Assembly (NCBI GenBank): GCA_963770895.1
Contig: CAVYRF010000002.1
Location: 4,224,001 to 4,288,000, forward strand
From: an uncultured Acidobacteriota bacterium
Lineage (GTDB): Bacteria; Acidobacteriota; Thermoanaerobaculia; Multivoradales; UBA5704
Direction of reading: 5' to 3'
Length of the DNA stretch: 64,000 bases
Made by a program: the position numbers and the translations under genes. Positions 10,076 through 23,950 of this stretch are shown here, one piece after another. Each line of letters begins with the position of its first letter. Position 1 is the first letter of the stretch. The notes under the pieces are model-generated. The model worked only from the letters and a program-made list of their open reading frames with translations, had not been told where the DNA came from and made no database searches.

Positions 10076-10744
10076 ATGCCTGATTTCGCTCTGCCGGAGG
10101 CGGTGAAACCTCCGGTCCGGCCCCTGCGCGTGCTGCTGGTGGGGGACGATCCGCTGGCGCGCGGCGGCGTCGAGCACCTGCTGGCGGGCGAACCGGGCAT
10201 CGAGGTGGTGGCGCGGGCCGGCACCGGCACCGCGGCGGCCGCCTGGGGCGGCGAAGGCGCGGCCGCCATCGACGTCGCGGTCTGGGACGTGGGGGCGGAC
10301 GTGCCCGCCTGGCTCGAGCAGCTGGGCGAGCTGGGCGACGGCGCGCCGCCGGCGCTCGCCCTGGTGCGCGACGACCAGGACGCCGCCGCGATCCTCGCCG
10401 CCGGCGCCCAGGGATGCCTGTACCGCGACACCGACCCGGGGCGGCTGGCGGCGGCGCTGCGCGCGCTGGCGGGCGGCCTGGCGGTGTTCGAGGCGGCGAT
10501 GCTGCCGCGCCTGCTGCGGCCGGCGGCGGCGGCGCTGGCGCCGCCCGAGCCGCTGACGCCGCGCGAGATCGAGGTGCTGCAGCTGCTCGCCGCCGGGCTG
10601 TCCAACCGCCGCATCGCCGAACGTCTGGGGATCAGCGAGCACACCGCCAAGTTCCACGTCAACGCGATCGTCACCAAGCTGGGCGCCCAGACCCGCACCG
10701 ATGCCGCCATCCGCGCCGCGCGCCTGGGCCTGGTGCCGCTGTAG
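10076..10744 (+). CDS. NarL/LuxR-family response regulator (atypical receiver)
   Basis: VLLVGDD receiver start and LTPREIEVLQLLAAGLSNRRIAERLGISEHTAKFHV LuxR HTH. Confidence 0.9.
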   Translation: MPDFALPEAVKPPVRPLRVLLVGDDPLARGGVEHLLAGEPGIEVVARAGTGTAAAAWGGEGAAAIDVAVWDVGADVPAWLEQLGELGDGAPPALALVRDDQDAAAILAAGAQGCLYRDTDPGRLAAALRALAGGLAVFEAAMLPRLLRPAAAALAPPEPLTPREIEVLQLLAAGLSNRRIAERLGISEHTAKFHVNAIVTKLGAQTRTDAAIRAARLGLVPL

Positions 10745-10765
10745 GCCGGCGCGCCGGCCTCGCCA

Positions 10766-10833
10766 GCCGATCGGGCGGGGTGGGTGCCCGGCCGATCGGG
10801 CAGGCGGCGCGCCGGCGCCACTGCCCGATCGGC
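10766..10833. promoter_or_regulatory. Three copies of GCCGATCGGGC (two direct, one inverted) between the regulator and the protease gene; candidate operator or hairpin
   Basis: GCCGATCGGGC at 10766-10776 and 10791-10801. CTGCCCGATCGGC at 10821-10833 is the exact reverse complement of 10791-10803. Confidence 0.5.
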
Positions 10834-10871
10834 GGATGCGCGGCGCCGGCGGCGGGGGCTACGCTGCCGTC

Positions 10872-11804
10872 ATGAGCACACAGACTTCCAACTCGACCTC
10901 TTCGACGACATCTCCATCTCCCCTGTCCCAACTTTCCCAGGCGCTGGCCGACGCGGTGGCCGCGGCGGCGCCGTTCGCGGCGCAGGTCGACGGCGGGCGC
11001 CGCCTTTCGGCCAGCGGCACGGTGGTCGGCGCCGACGGCTTGATCGTGGCGGCAAGCCACAACGTGGAGCGCGACGACGACGTGACGGTCGGCCTGGACG
11101 GCGGGCGCCGTCTGCCGGCGAAGGTCGTGGGGCGCGACGAAAGCAACGACCTGGTGCTGCTGCGGGTCGAAGCCACGGGCCTGGCGGTGCCGGCCTGGGC
11201 CGACGTCGGTGGCGTGCGCGCCGGCGAGCTGGCGCTGGTTGTGGGCCGCCCCGGCCGCCAGCCGCGGGCGGCGCTGGCGATGATCAGCGACGTGCGCGAC
11301 GCGTGGCGCAGCCCCGCCGGCGGCGAGCTGGCGCGCTACATCGAGCTGGACGCGGCGCGCGAGCGCGGCTTTTCGGGCAGCCTGGTGGTGGGGGCGGCGG
11401 GCCAGCCGCTGGGCATCGCCACCAGCGGCTTGCTGCGCGGCCGCGGCATGGTGATCCCCGGCGCCAACCTGCAGCGCGTGGTGGAGGTGCTGCTGACCCA
11501 CGGCCGCATGCCGCGCGGCTTCCTGGGTCTCGCCGCGACGCCGGTACGCCTGCCGGACGCCCAGGCGGAGGCGCTGGGCCAGGCGGTGGCGCTCCTGGTG
11601 CTGAGCGTCCAGCCGGAAAGCCCGGCCTCCCAGGCCGGCCTGCTGCTCGGCGACGTGCTGCTGGCGATCGACGGCAAGTCGCTCGCCGACGTCAGCCAGC
11701 TGCACGCCCAGCTGGGCGGCGACCGCATCGGCAAACCCGTCACCCTGCGCGTCCTGCGCGGCGGCGAGCCGCGCGACCTGCAGGTCACCGTGGCGGCGCG
11801 CTAG
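10872..11804 (+). CDS. S1C (HtrA/DegP-like) serine protease with one PDZ domain, no signal peptide
   Basis: AASHNV (His), DLVLL (Asp), RGFSGS (Ser), and PDZ segment SPASQAGLLLGDVLLAIDG. Confidence 0.85.
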   Translation: MSTQTSNSTSSTTSPSPLSQLSQALADAVAAAAPFAAQVDGGRRLSASGTVVGADGLIVAASHNVERDDDVTVGLDGGRRLPAKVVGRDESNDLVLLRVEATGLAVPAWADVGGVRAGELALVVGRPGRQPRAALAMISDVRDAWRSPAGGELARYIELDAARERGFSGSLVVGAAGQPLGIATSGLLRGRGMVIPGANLQRVVEVLLTHGRMPRGFLGLAATPVRLPDAQAEALGQAVALLVLSVQPESPASQAGLLLGDVLLAIDGKSLADVSQLHAQLGGDRIGKPVTLRVLRGGEPRDLQVTVAAR

Positions 11805-12020
11805 TGGCGGGACACTAGCTAGGCCTCCGCCTTCCATCGCAACTCCTGGTCGCCGGGCGGCAGCCGCTGCCCGGCGGCGATCGGCTGGGGCCGGCGACCG
11901 CAACCACCTTGTCGCCGGGTCGTGACGGTACCGCCCCTGGGGATGGGTGGTGGGGGTGGCATAGACTACGCCATCCGGCGTGCCGCCTTCGGCGCCTCGG
12001 CGTCGCGGGGAGTGTCCACC

Positions 12021-13421
12021 TTGGAGAGCGGTTTCGAGTACGATCTGGTCTGCATCGGCAGCGGACCCGCCGGCCAGCGCGCTGCCGTGCGGGCGGCCAA
12101 GCTCGGCAAACGGGTGGCGCTGGTGGAGCGCCGCCGCGTGGTGGGCGGGGTATGCATCGACACCGGCACCATTCCCAGCAAGACGTTTCGCGAGGCGGTG
12201 CTCGGCTTCGTCGGCCGCAACCGGCCGTTCGAGCAGGCGGCCGCCGGCCCGCCGCCGGCCCGCCCCAACGCCGCAGACCTGATGAGCCGCGTCGCCGACG
12301 TGATCGCGCGCGAATCGGCGGTGATCGAGAGCCAGCTGGCGCGCAACCAGGTGGAGGTCTTTCGCGGCGCGGCGCGCTTCGTCGATCCCCACACCCTGGC
12401 GGTCGACGCCGAGCAGGGCAGCCGCAGGGTGACCGCCGACAAGATCCTCATCGCCTGCGGCACCCGGCCGTCGCCGCCGCCAGGGGTGGCGGTGGACGGC
12501 GAAACGGTGATCACCAGCGACGACGTGATGATGCTCAAGCGCATCCCGCGCCAGATGGCGGTGGTGGGCGCGGGCGTCATCGGCATCGAGTACGCCTCGA
12601 TGTTTGCCGCGCTGGGCACCGCGGTGACGCTGGTGGACCGCCAGCGCCGGCCGCTGGAATTTCTCGACGGCGAGATCGTCGACGAGCTGATCCACCAGAT
12701 GCGCGACGCCAACGTCACCTTCCGCGGCGAAGAGGAGGTCGAGCGGCTGGAGGTCGACGCCGGCCCGCCGCGCCGGGCGGTGCTGCTGCTCAAGTCGGGC
12801 AAGCGGATCGTCTCCGACCTGGTGCTGTTTTCGATCGGCCGCATCGGCGCCACCGATTCGCTGGACCTGGCCGCCGCCGGCCTGACCGCCGACGTGCGCG
12901 GCCGTTTGAAGGTCGACGGCAGCTTCGCCACCGCGGTGCCGCACATCTTCGCCGCCGGCGACGTGCTGGGCTACCCGAGCCTGGCGGCCACCTCCAGCGA
13001 GCAGGGGCGCCTGGCCGCCGGCTGCGCCCTGGGGCTGCCGTCCAAGCCGCTGGCCGAGCACTTCCCCATCGGCATCTACGCCATCCCGGAAGTGTCGATG
13101 GTGGGGGCGACCGAGCAGGCGCTGACCGCCGCCAAGGTGCCCTACGAAGTGGGGGTGGCGCGCTACCGCGAGATCGCCCGCGGCCAGATCCTGGGCGACA
13201 ACAGCGGTTTCTTCAAGATGCTGTTCCACCGCGAGACGCGCGCTCTGCTGGGCGTGCACGTCATCGGCACCGGCGCCACCGAGCTGATCCACATCGGCCA
13301 GGCGGTGCTGGCGCTGGCGGGCGGGCTGGACTACTTCCTGGACGCGATCTTCAACTACCCGACGCTCGCCGAGTGCTACAAGGTCGCGGCCCTCGACGCG
13401 GCGAACAAGCTGGCCTGCTGA
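12021..13421 (+). CDS. sthA: Soluble Si-specific NAD(P)+ transhydrogenase
   Basis: IGSGPAG FAD motif, GGVCIDTGTIPSKT (single Cys), GIYAIPE and FNYPTLAECYKVAALDA C-terminus. Start could be GTG 12012. Confidence 0.9.
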   Translation: MESGFEYDLVCIGSGPAGQRAAVRAAKLGKRVALVERRRVVGGVCIDTGTIPSKTFREAVLGFVGRNRPFEQAAAGPPPARPNAADLMSRVADVIARESAVIESQLARNQVEVFRGAARFVDPHTLAVDAEQGSRRVTADKILIACGTRPSPPPGVAVDGETVITSDDVMMLKRIPRQMAVVGAGVIGIEYASMFAALGTAVTLVDRQRRPLEFLDGEIVDELIHQMRDANVTFRGEEEVERLEVDAGPPRRAVLLLKSGKRIVSDLVLFSIGRIGATDSLDLAAAGLTADVRGRLKVDGSFATAVPHIFAAGDVLGYPSLAATSSEQGRLAAGCALGLPSKPLAEHFPIGIYAIPEVSMVGATEQALTAAKVPYEVGVARYREIARGQILGDNSGFFKMLFHRETRALLGVHVIGTGATELIHIGQAVLALAGGLDYFLDAIFNYPTLAECYKVAALDAANKLAC

Positions 13422-13479
13422 GGCCGCCCCTGCCCATCCTGCGCCCTCGCCAGCGGCGGCCGGGCAACCGGGAGAGCAG

Positions 13480-14562
13480 GTGCCGGTGAAGCCGTCGCGC
13501 CGGCGCTCGCTCGGCCGCATCGGCCTGCGGGTGGCCGGATCGCTTGCCGCCGTCGCGGTGGTGGGGCTGGTCTTCCGCCACGCCGAGGTGGCGCGCATCC
13601 GCGCGCTGCTGGTGGCGGCGCCGTGGCTTTTGGCGACGCCGATTTTCTACTTCGGGGTGTTGGCCTGCGACGCCCTGGGGTGGCGGCGGCTGATCATGAC
13701 CGGCCGGCGGCCCCCCGCCTGGGCGCGCCTGCTGGGGGTGCGCACGGCCGCCGAGGCGCTGGGGCTGAGCCTGCCGTCGGGCGGGGTGCTGGCCGAGGGG
13801 GTGGCGGTCTACCTGCTGCGCACCTCCTGCGGCGTGCCCACCGGCCTGGGGGTGGCGAGCCTGGCGGCGCGCCGCTTCTTCATCTTCCTGTCCTTTGGGC
13901 TCACCCTGGCGGCGAGCGCCGTGGCCGGGTATTCGCTGCTGGGCTCGATCTCGCCGCGGGTGCTCGGCCATGCCGGCCTGGAATGGGCGGTGCCGGTCGC
14001 CGCCCTGGTGGTCCTGGGGGCCGCCTTCGGGTTGCGCGCAGGCCTCCTGGGCGGCGACCTGGTGGGGCGCATCTTCCAGGCCCTGCGCCGGGTGCCGATC
14101 GCGGCGGTGCGGCGCTGGCTGGACCGCCGCCAGGACTCCTTTGCCGAGGTGGACCGCCAGGTCGAGCAGGCGCTGGTGGGGCGGCGCGGCGGGCCGCTGC
14201 TGACCACGGTCTACTACCTGGGGATCTGGATCTCCGAGTCGTGCGAGACCTTTTTCATCCTCACCCTGCTGGGGGCGGGCCTGTCGTTCCGCACCGTCTT
14301 CTCGTTCGAGTCGGGGCTCACCCTGCTGCGCGGCCTGGCCTTTTTCACCCCCTCCGGGCTGGGGGTGCAGGATCTGGGCTATCTTGCGATCCTGCAAGGA
14401 CTTGGGGTCAAGCAGGCGGTCAACGTCTGCGCCGCCTTCGTGGTGGTCAAACGCTCCAAGGAGATCTTCTGGATTATGATTGGGTACCTGCTGCTGGCGA
14501 GGCATGCCTGGCGCCCGTCCGCGAGCGCGGGGGATGCGTCCGGGCCGGCAGGGAACGCATGA
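13480..14562 (+). CDS. Lysylphosphatidylglycerol-synthase TM-like (flippase-like) membrane protein
   Basis: Multi-TM protein with LPSGGVLAE and FFTPSGLGVQD motifs typical of LPG_synthase_TM/AglD2-like proteins. Confidence 0.75.
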   Translation: MPVKPSRRRSLGRIGLRVAGSLAAVAVVGLVFRHAEVARIRALLVAAPWLLATPIFYFGVLACDALGWRRLIMTGRRPPAWARLLGVRTAAEALGLSLPSGGVLAEGVAVYLLRTSCGVPTGLGVASLAARRFFIFLSFGLTLAASAVAGYSLLGSISPRVLGHAGLEWAVPVAALVVLGAAFGLRAGLLGGDLVGRIFQALRRVPIAAVRRWLDRRQDSFAEVDRQVEQALVGRRGGPLLTTVYYLGIWISESCETFFILTLLGAGLSFRTVFSFESGLTLLRGLAFFTPSGLGVQDLGYLAILQGLGVKQAVNVCAAFVVVKRSKEIFWIMIGYLLLARHAWRPSASAGDASGPAGNA

Positions 14563-15809
14563 GCCACTCCGCCCCAAGCAGACGCAAGCAGATCCTGTTC
14601 ATCTGCGGGTCGATCAACCAGACGACCCAGATGCACCAGGTCGCCCAGCTGCTGCCGGAGCACGACCACGCCTATACCCCCTATTACGGCACCGGCTACA
14701 TCGAGCTGCTGCGCCAGGCCCATTGCCTGGAATTCACCGTCCTGGGGTACAAGCTGCGCCACCGCTGCCTCGACTACCTGGAGCGCCACGGCCTGCCGAT
14801 CGACCTGCATGGACGGCGCGGCGGCTACGACCTGGTGGTGACCTGTTCCGACCTGATCGTGCCGCGCAACATCCGCAAGACCCCGACGGTCCTGGTGCAG
14901 GAAGGGATCCTGGACCCTGCCGGCCTGCCGTTCCGGCTGTGCCGCGGCCTGAAGGTGCTGCCGCTGTGGCTGGCCGGCACGTCGACGACCGGCCTGTCGC
15001 TGCGCTACCAGCGCTTTTGCGTCGCGAGCGAGGGCTACCGCGACCTGTTCATCGCCAACGGCGTGCCGGCGGACCGCATCGCCGTCACCGGCATCCCCAA
15101 CTTCGACGACTGCCGGCGGTATTTACAAAACGACTTCCCGCACCGCCATTTCGTGCTGGTGTGCTCGTCGGACGCCCGTGAAACGTTCAAGCGCGACAAC
15201 CGCCAGGCATTTCTGGCGCACTGCGTGCGGGTCGCCGCCGGCCGCCAGCTGATCTTCAAGCTCCACCCCAACGAGAACCGCGAGCGGGCGACGCGCGAGA
15301 TCGCCCAGGTGGCGCCGCAGGCGCTGGTCTACACCAGCGGCTGCGCCGAAGAGATGATCGCCAACTGCGACGTGCTGGTGACGCAGTATTCGTCGACGGT
15401 GTTCGTCGGCATGGCGCTGGGCAAAGAGGTGTACTCCTACAACGATCTGGACGAGGTGCGCCGGCTGATGCCGGAGCAGAACGGCTGCGCGGCGCAGAAG
15501 ATCGCCGGCACCTGCCGCGAAGTGCTGGCGCGGGCCGAGGTCGCCGCCGCGGGCATGGCCGCTGCAATGGATGCCGCGGCCGGCCGTCGCGGCAAGGCGG
15601 CTGCCTCGCTGTGGCGCCTGGGCGGCTTGCAGCGCTGGGGCGCGTCGCCGTCCGCCGGCGTGCGCCCGCCGCGGCCCGCGGCCCGCGGCGCGTCGCCCGC
15701 GGGGTTGGCGGGGTCGGCGGGGTCGGGATCGGCGCCGCACGGTCTGGGCCTGCGGGCGTGGCGCGCCGGGCGCAAGGGGTCGCCGTTCGGGCGATCGAGG
15801 GCGCGGTGA
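14559..15809 (+). CDS. GT-B-fold glycosyltransferase-like protein
   Basis: IAVTGIPNFD, LIFKLHPNE and CDVLVTQYSSTVF motifs, as in CDP-glycerol/sialyltransferase/capsule GT-B proteins. ATGA overlap with the upstream gene. Confidence 0.65.
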   Translation: MSHSAPSRRKQILFICGSINQTTQMHQVAQLLPEHDHAYTPYYGTGYIELLRQAHCLEFTVLGYKLRHRCLDYLERHGLPIDLHGRRGGYDLVVTCSDLIVPRNIRKTPTVLVQEGILDPAGLPFRLCRGLKVLPLWLAGTSTTGLSLRYQRFCVASEGYRDLFIANGVPADRIAVTGIPNFDDCRRYLQNDFPHRHFVLVCSSDARETFKRDNRQAFLAHCVRVAAGRQLIFKLHPNENRERATREIAQVAPQALVYTSGCAEEMIANCDVLVTQYSSTVFVGMALGKEVYSYNDLDEVRRLMPEQNGCAAQKIAGTCREVLARAEVAAAGMAAAMDAAAGRRGKAAASLWRLGGLQRWGASPSAGVRPPRPAARGASPAGLAGSAGSGSAPHGLGLRAWRAGRKGSPFGRSRAR

Positions 15810-16668
15810 GGGTTCTCGGCGTCGTTCAGGCTCGGACGGGCTCGACCCGCCTGCCGGGCAAGGTGTTGCTGCCGGTCGCCGGCCAGCCGCTGCTGGCGCG
15901 GATGCTCCAGCGGGTGCGCGCGGCGCGGACGCTCACCGACGTGGTGGTGGCGACCACCACCGACCCGGCCGACCAACCGGTGCGCCAGGTGTGCCGGCAG
16001 GAGGGCGTGCGCTGGGTGGACGGCCATCCCACCGACCTGCTCGACCGCCACTACCAGGCGGCGCTCGCCTGCGGCTTGACGGAAAGCCCGCAGGGTGGCG
16101 CCGGTGACGCCGCGGCCGGGCAGCCGGGTGACGTGGTGGTCAAGATCCCCTCCGACTGCCCGCTGATCGATCCGGCGGTCATCGACCAGGTGCTGGACGT
16201 CTACCTGCGCCAGCCGCGGCGCTGGGACTTCGTGAGCAACCTGCACCCCGCCAGCTGGCCCGACGGCAACGATGTCGAGGTGATGCCGATGGCGGCCCTG
16301 GCCGTCGCCTGGCGGGAAGCGCGCCTGCCGCACGAGCGCGAGCACACGACCCCCTTTCTGTGGGACCATCCGCAGCGTTTCCGGGTCGGCAACGTCAGCT
16401 GGCCGACCGGCCTCGACTACTCGATGTCGCACCGCTTCACCATCGACTACGCCGAGGATTACGACTTTGTGCGCGCCGTCTACGACGCGCTGTGGAGCCC
16501 GGAGCGGCCGCTGTTTGGACTGCAGGAGATCCTGGACCTGCTGGCGGCGCGCCCCGACATCTTCGCCCTCAACCGCCGCTACGCCGGCGTCAACTGGTAC
16601 CGCCATCACCTGGGCCAGCTGGCGACCGTCGACGCCGGCCAGACCCGCAGCCCCGAGGAGAATCCCGC

Positions 16669-16672
<4 letters not shown>
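15806..16672 (+). CDS. SpsF-like cytidylyltransferase
   Basis: VVQARTGSTRLPGKVL, SDCPLIDP, EREHTTPF and RFTIDYAEDY motifs. GTGA overlap. Confidence 0.88.
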
Positions 16673-17576
<904 letters not shown>

Positions 17577-17580
<4 letters not shown>

Positions 17581-18667
17581 GCGGCGGGGTGACGACGGTG
17601 ACCCCGGAAACCCCGACGATCCCGGAAACCGCTGCGGCCATCGCGGGCGACGGCTGGGCCGGCCTGGGCCTGCCGCGGCCGGCTTCCTACGAAGAGGCGC
17701 TCAAGGCGCTGGCGGCGGTGCGCCCCGACCTGGTGGTGATGACGGCCGAAAACCGCGCCGCCATCCGCAACCTGCCGCCGGTCCTGGGGCCGCGTTTCAT
17801 CGACGTCGGGATCTGTGAGCAGACCATGGTGGGCGCCGCGGCTGGGCTGGCGCTGCGCGGCCGGACGCCGGTGGCGCACGCCCTGGCGACCTTCCTGGTG
17901 ATGCGGGCGTTCGAATTCATCCGCACCGACGTGGGGATCGCCAACCTGCCGGTCAAGCTGGTGGGCTACGTGCCGGGGTTCCTGTCGGACGGCAACGGTC
18001 CGACGCACCAGGCGATCGAAGACGTGTCGCTGATGCGCGGCATCCCGCACATGCAGGTGATCTGTCCGGCCGACGAAGAGGAGCTGATCGCGGCGCTGCC
18101 GGCCATCCTGGACAGCGGCGCGCCCTGCTACGTCCGCTACACCAACGCGCGGCCGGCGGTAGCCCACACGGCGCCGTTCCAGATCGGCCATGCCGAGCTG
18201 CTGGCGCCGGGCGCACCGGGGGGCGTGACGCTCGCCACCTATGGGTTCCTGCTGCGTGAGGTCGAGGCGGCGCGCGTGCTGCTCGCGGAGCGCGGCGTGC
18301 CGGTGCGGCTGCTCAACATGCGCACCTTGAAGCCGGTGGACGAAGCGGCGGTGCTTGCCGCCGCCGGCCGTTCGCGGCTGCTGGTGGCGGTCGAAGACCA
18401 CTTCCAGACCGGCGGCCTGTATTCGATCTGCGCCGAGGTGCTGGTGCGTCACGGCGTGCTCTGCCCGCTGCATTCGATCTCGCTGGGCGAGCGCTGGTTC
18501 AAGCCGGCGCTGCTGCCCGACGTGCTTGAGCACGAGGGTTTCACCGGGCCGGCCATCGCCGGCCGCGTGATGGCCGAGCTGGCGCGCCTGGACGCAGCGG
18601 CGTCCGCTGCCAGCCCGGCGCCGGACCACAGCTCCGGCGCCGCTCCCGACCCGACCGACCGGAGGTA

Positions 18668-18668
<1 letters not shown>
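17577..18668 (+). CDS. Transketolase-like protein, C-terminal subunit
   Basis: RFIDVGICEQ, GPTHQAIED, TLKPVD and VEDH..GGL motifs. ATGA overlap. Confidence 0.9.
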
Positions 18669-20019
<1,351 letters not shown>

Positions 20020-20020
<1 letters not shown>

Positions 20021-20934
20021 TGAGCGGCGGCGGACAACCCGCTCGGGACGGCCGGGAAGCGACGCTGGACGGCGCCGGAGCGGTCGCGGCGCCGGCGCTG
20101 CCGGCTTTTTCGCTGGCCGGACGGGTGGCGGTGGTGACCGGCGCCGCGGGACTTCTGGGGCGCCGCCACTGCCGCGCCCTGGCGGCGGCGGGAGCCAGCG
20201 TCGTGGCGACCGACCTGGACGCCGCCGTCTGCGATGCGGTGGCCGTGGAGGCGGCGGCGGCCGGCGGCGGCTCGGCGGCGGGTCAGGGCGGCGTGGTGGG
20301 CCAGGCGGCCGACATCACCCGCAAGGAATCGGTCGCGGCGTTGCGCGACGCCGTGCTGGCGCGATTCGGGCGGATCGACGTGCTGGTCAACAACGCCGCG
20401 GTCAACGAAAAGGTGGAAAGCCCGCTCGCCGGCGGCGAGGTGCTGCGCTTCGAAAACATGCCGCTCGACCTGTGGGAGTCGGCGCTCAAGGTCAACGTCA
20501 CCGGCACCTTCCTGTGCTGCCAGCTGCTCGGCGGGGAAATGGCGCGGCGCGGCCAGGGCGGCAGCATCGTCAACATCGCGTCCACCTACGGCATCGTGGC
20601 GCCCGACCAGTCGCTCTACCGCCAGCCCGACGGCAGCCAGACGTTCTTCAAGTCGGCGGCCTATCCCACCAGCAAGGGGGCGGTGCTGTCGCTGACGCGC
20701 TTTTTGGCCGCCTACTGGGGGAGCGCCGGGGTGCGGGTCAACGCGCTGTCGCCGGGCGGCGTCGAAAACGGCCAGGACGCCGGGTTCGTCGCCCGCTACT
20801 CGGCGCGCACGCCGCTCGGCCGCATGGCCGACCCGGCGGACTACGAGGGCGCGCTGGTGTTTCTGGCGAGCGATGCGTCGCGCTACATGACCGGCGCCAA
20901 CCTGGTGGTCGATGGCGGTTGGACCGCATGGTGA
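20020..20934 (+). CDS. SDR-family oxidoreductase
   Basis: [16 protein letters not shown] catalytic motif and [13 protein letters not shown]. Confidence 0.92.
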
Positions 20935-21502
20935 GCCTGGAGCGCCCCGCCGCGGCGGCAGCGGCGGCAGTGCCGGATCTGCACGAGCTCGGGGCGCGCG
21001 CCCGGCGGCTGCGGCTGGTGCTGACCGACAGCGACGGCGTGCTGACCGACGGCGGCGTCTACTACTCCGAAACCGGCGAGGCGCTGCGGCGGTTCACGGT
21101 GCGCGACGGCATGGGGATGGAGCGGCTGCGGCTGGCGGGCATCGGCACCGCCATCGTGACTCGCGAGCGGTCGGGCTGTGTCGAGCGGCGGTCGGCCAAG
21201 CTGGGGCTGCCGTACCTGTTTCTGGGGGTGCAGGACAAGGCCGCGGAGCTGCCGGCCATCCTGGCGCGCACCGGCCTGGGCATCGACGCGCTGGCCTACA
21301 TCGGCGATGATGTGAACGATCTTGGCATCATGGCGGCGATCGGCGAGCGTGGCCTGACGGCGGCGCCCGCCGACGCCATGCCCGAGCTGCTGGCCGCCTG
21401 CCAGCACCGCTGCGCGGCGCGCGGCGGGCACGGGGCTTTTCGCGATTTCGCCGAGTGGATCCTGCGCCTGCGGCAGGGAAACGAACACGACAAGGAGGAG
21501 CC

Positions 21503-21506
<4 letters not shown>
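20928..21506 (+). CDS. KdsC-like HAD phosphatase (KDO8P/KDN9P phosphatase family)
   Basis: [17 protein letters not shown] and [11 protein letters not shown] motifs. Confidence 0.88.
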
Positions 21507-22408
<902 letters not shown>

Positions 22409-22427
22409 TGGAGGCTGAAAACACGGT

Positions 22428-23249
22428 ATGAGCTTCAATACCTGGACTCTCATTTCCGCGGCCGTCATCCTGGTGTCGGTCGGCGTGCTCATCGGCCTGG
22501 AACGGCTGCGCCCCTACGACCGCGGCGAGCGCCTGTTCCGCGAAGGCTTCTGGACCGACCTGGTGTTTTACACCGTGGTGCAGAACCTGATCCTGGCGGT
22601 GGTGATCGGCAAGATCATCGCCTGGATCGACGGCACCACCCACCTGTCGCGGCTGCATCTCATCTCGGGGTGGCCGATCTGGGTACAGGTCACGTTTTTC
22701 ATCGTCACCCACGACCTGTACATCTATTGGTTTCACCGCTGGCAGCACAACAACCAGTTCCTGTGGCGGCTGCACGAAGCGCACCATTCGGCCAAGACCA
22801 TCGATTGGCTGGCGGGGGCGCGGTCGCATGGGTTCGAGATCCTGATCAATCAGACGATCGAAGCGGCGCCGATGATCCTGCTCGGCGCGCCGCCGGTGGT
22901 GCCGGTGATCAAGGGGATGGTGAGCGCCGTCTGGGGCATGTACATCCATTCGAACATCGACGTGCGCACCGGCCCGCTGCAATACGTGATCAATGGTCCC
23001 GAGGCGCACCGCTGGCACCACGCGGTCGACCTGGAACCGCCCGGCATGAACTTCAGCACCAAGCTGGCGATCTGGGACCACCTGTTCGGCACGTTCTACC
23101 TGGAGCGCGACCGCCGGCCGACCGGCTACGGCCTCACCTACGTGGACTTTCCGCGCGGCTGGTGGCGCCAGAACCTGTTCGCGTTCCGGCGTTTCGACCC
23201 GCCGGCGCCGGCGGAGGAGCCGGCGGCGGGTCCGTTGGCCGGGGCCTGA
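22428..23249 (+). CDS. Sterol desaturase / fatty-acid hydroxylase family membrane protein
   Basis: His boxes YWFHRWQH, LHEAHHS, IHSN and HRWHH, plus WDHLFGT. Confidence 0.9.
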   Translation: MSFNTWTLISAAVILVSVGVLIGLERLRPYDRGERLFREGFWTDLVFYTVVQNLILAVVIGKIIAWIDGTTHLSRLHLISGWPIWVQVTFFIVTHDLYIYWFHRWQHNNQFLWRLHEAHHSAKTIDWLAGARSHGFEILINQTIEAAPMILLGAPPVVPVIKGMVSAVWGMYIHSNIDVRTGPLQYVINGPEAHRWHHAVDLEPPGMNFSTKLAIWDHLFGTFYLERDRRPTGYGLTYVDFPRGWWRQNLFAFRRFDPPAPAEEPAAGPLAGA

Positions 23250-23321
23250 CCGCGCAAGGCGGTCCGGCCCGGCCGTTCATCGCGGTACTGATCCGGTCTA
23301 GCGCCGGTGGGAAGGAACTCT

Positions 23322-23924
23322 ATGAAACTCGCGGCACTTGGGTGCTTGGGGCTGTTGCTGCTGGGGGTGCTGATCGTCGGCGTCAGTGCGGTCGGCTCCT
23401 ACAACACGCTGGTGGGGCTTGACCAGGCTGTGCAGTCGCAGTGGGGGCAGGTGCAGAACGTCTATCAACGGCGGTCCGACCTGGTGCCCAACCTGGTCGA
23501 AACGGTGAAGGGCGCCGCCAACTTCGAAAAGGACACCTTTGTCGCCGTCGCCGAAGCCCGTTCGAAGGTCGGGCAGGTCTCGGTCCAGGGCGGAGCGCCC
23601 ACGTCGCAGCAGGACCTGGACAAGTTCCAGCAGGCGCAGGCCGGTCTGGGCAGCGCGCTCTCGCGCCTGCTGGTGGTGGCGGAACAGTATCCGCAGCTCA
23701 AGGCGACGCAGAACTTCCAGGACCTGCAGTCGCAGCTGGAAGGGACGGAAAACCGCATCTCGGTCGAGCGCATGCGCTTCAACGAGACGGCGCAGGCGTT
23801 CAACACCAAGCGCAACACGTTCCCGACGGTGGTGATCGCCGGCTTCTTCGGTTCCCGCTTCGACACCAAGCCCTACTTCAAGGCGCAAGAGGGCGCCGAG
23901 ACCGCGCCGAAGGTGAAGTTCTAG
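23322..23924 (+). CDS. lemA: LemA family protein
   Basis: YNTLV..QWGQVQNVYQRRSDLVPNLV, YPQLKA and LEGTENRISVER. Confidence 0.92.
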   Translation: MKLAALGCLGLLLLGVLIVGVSAVGSYNTLVGLDQAVQSQWGQVQNVYQRRSDLVPNLVETVKGAANFEKDTFVAVAEARSKVGQVSVQGGAPTSQQDLDKFQQAQAGLGSALSRLLVVAEQYPQLKATQNFQDLQSQLEGTENRISVERMRFNETAQAFNTKRNTFPTVVIAGFFGSRFDTKPYFKAQEGAETAPKVKF

Positions 23925-23950
23925 CGCGCGCGTCGGGTCGGGGCGCGATC

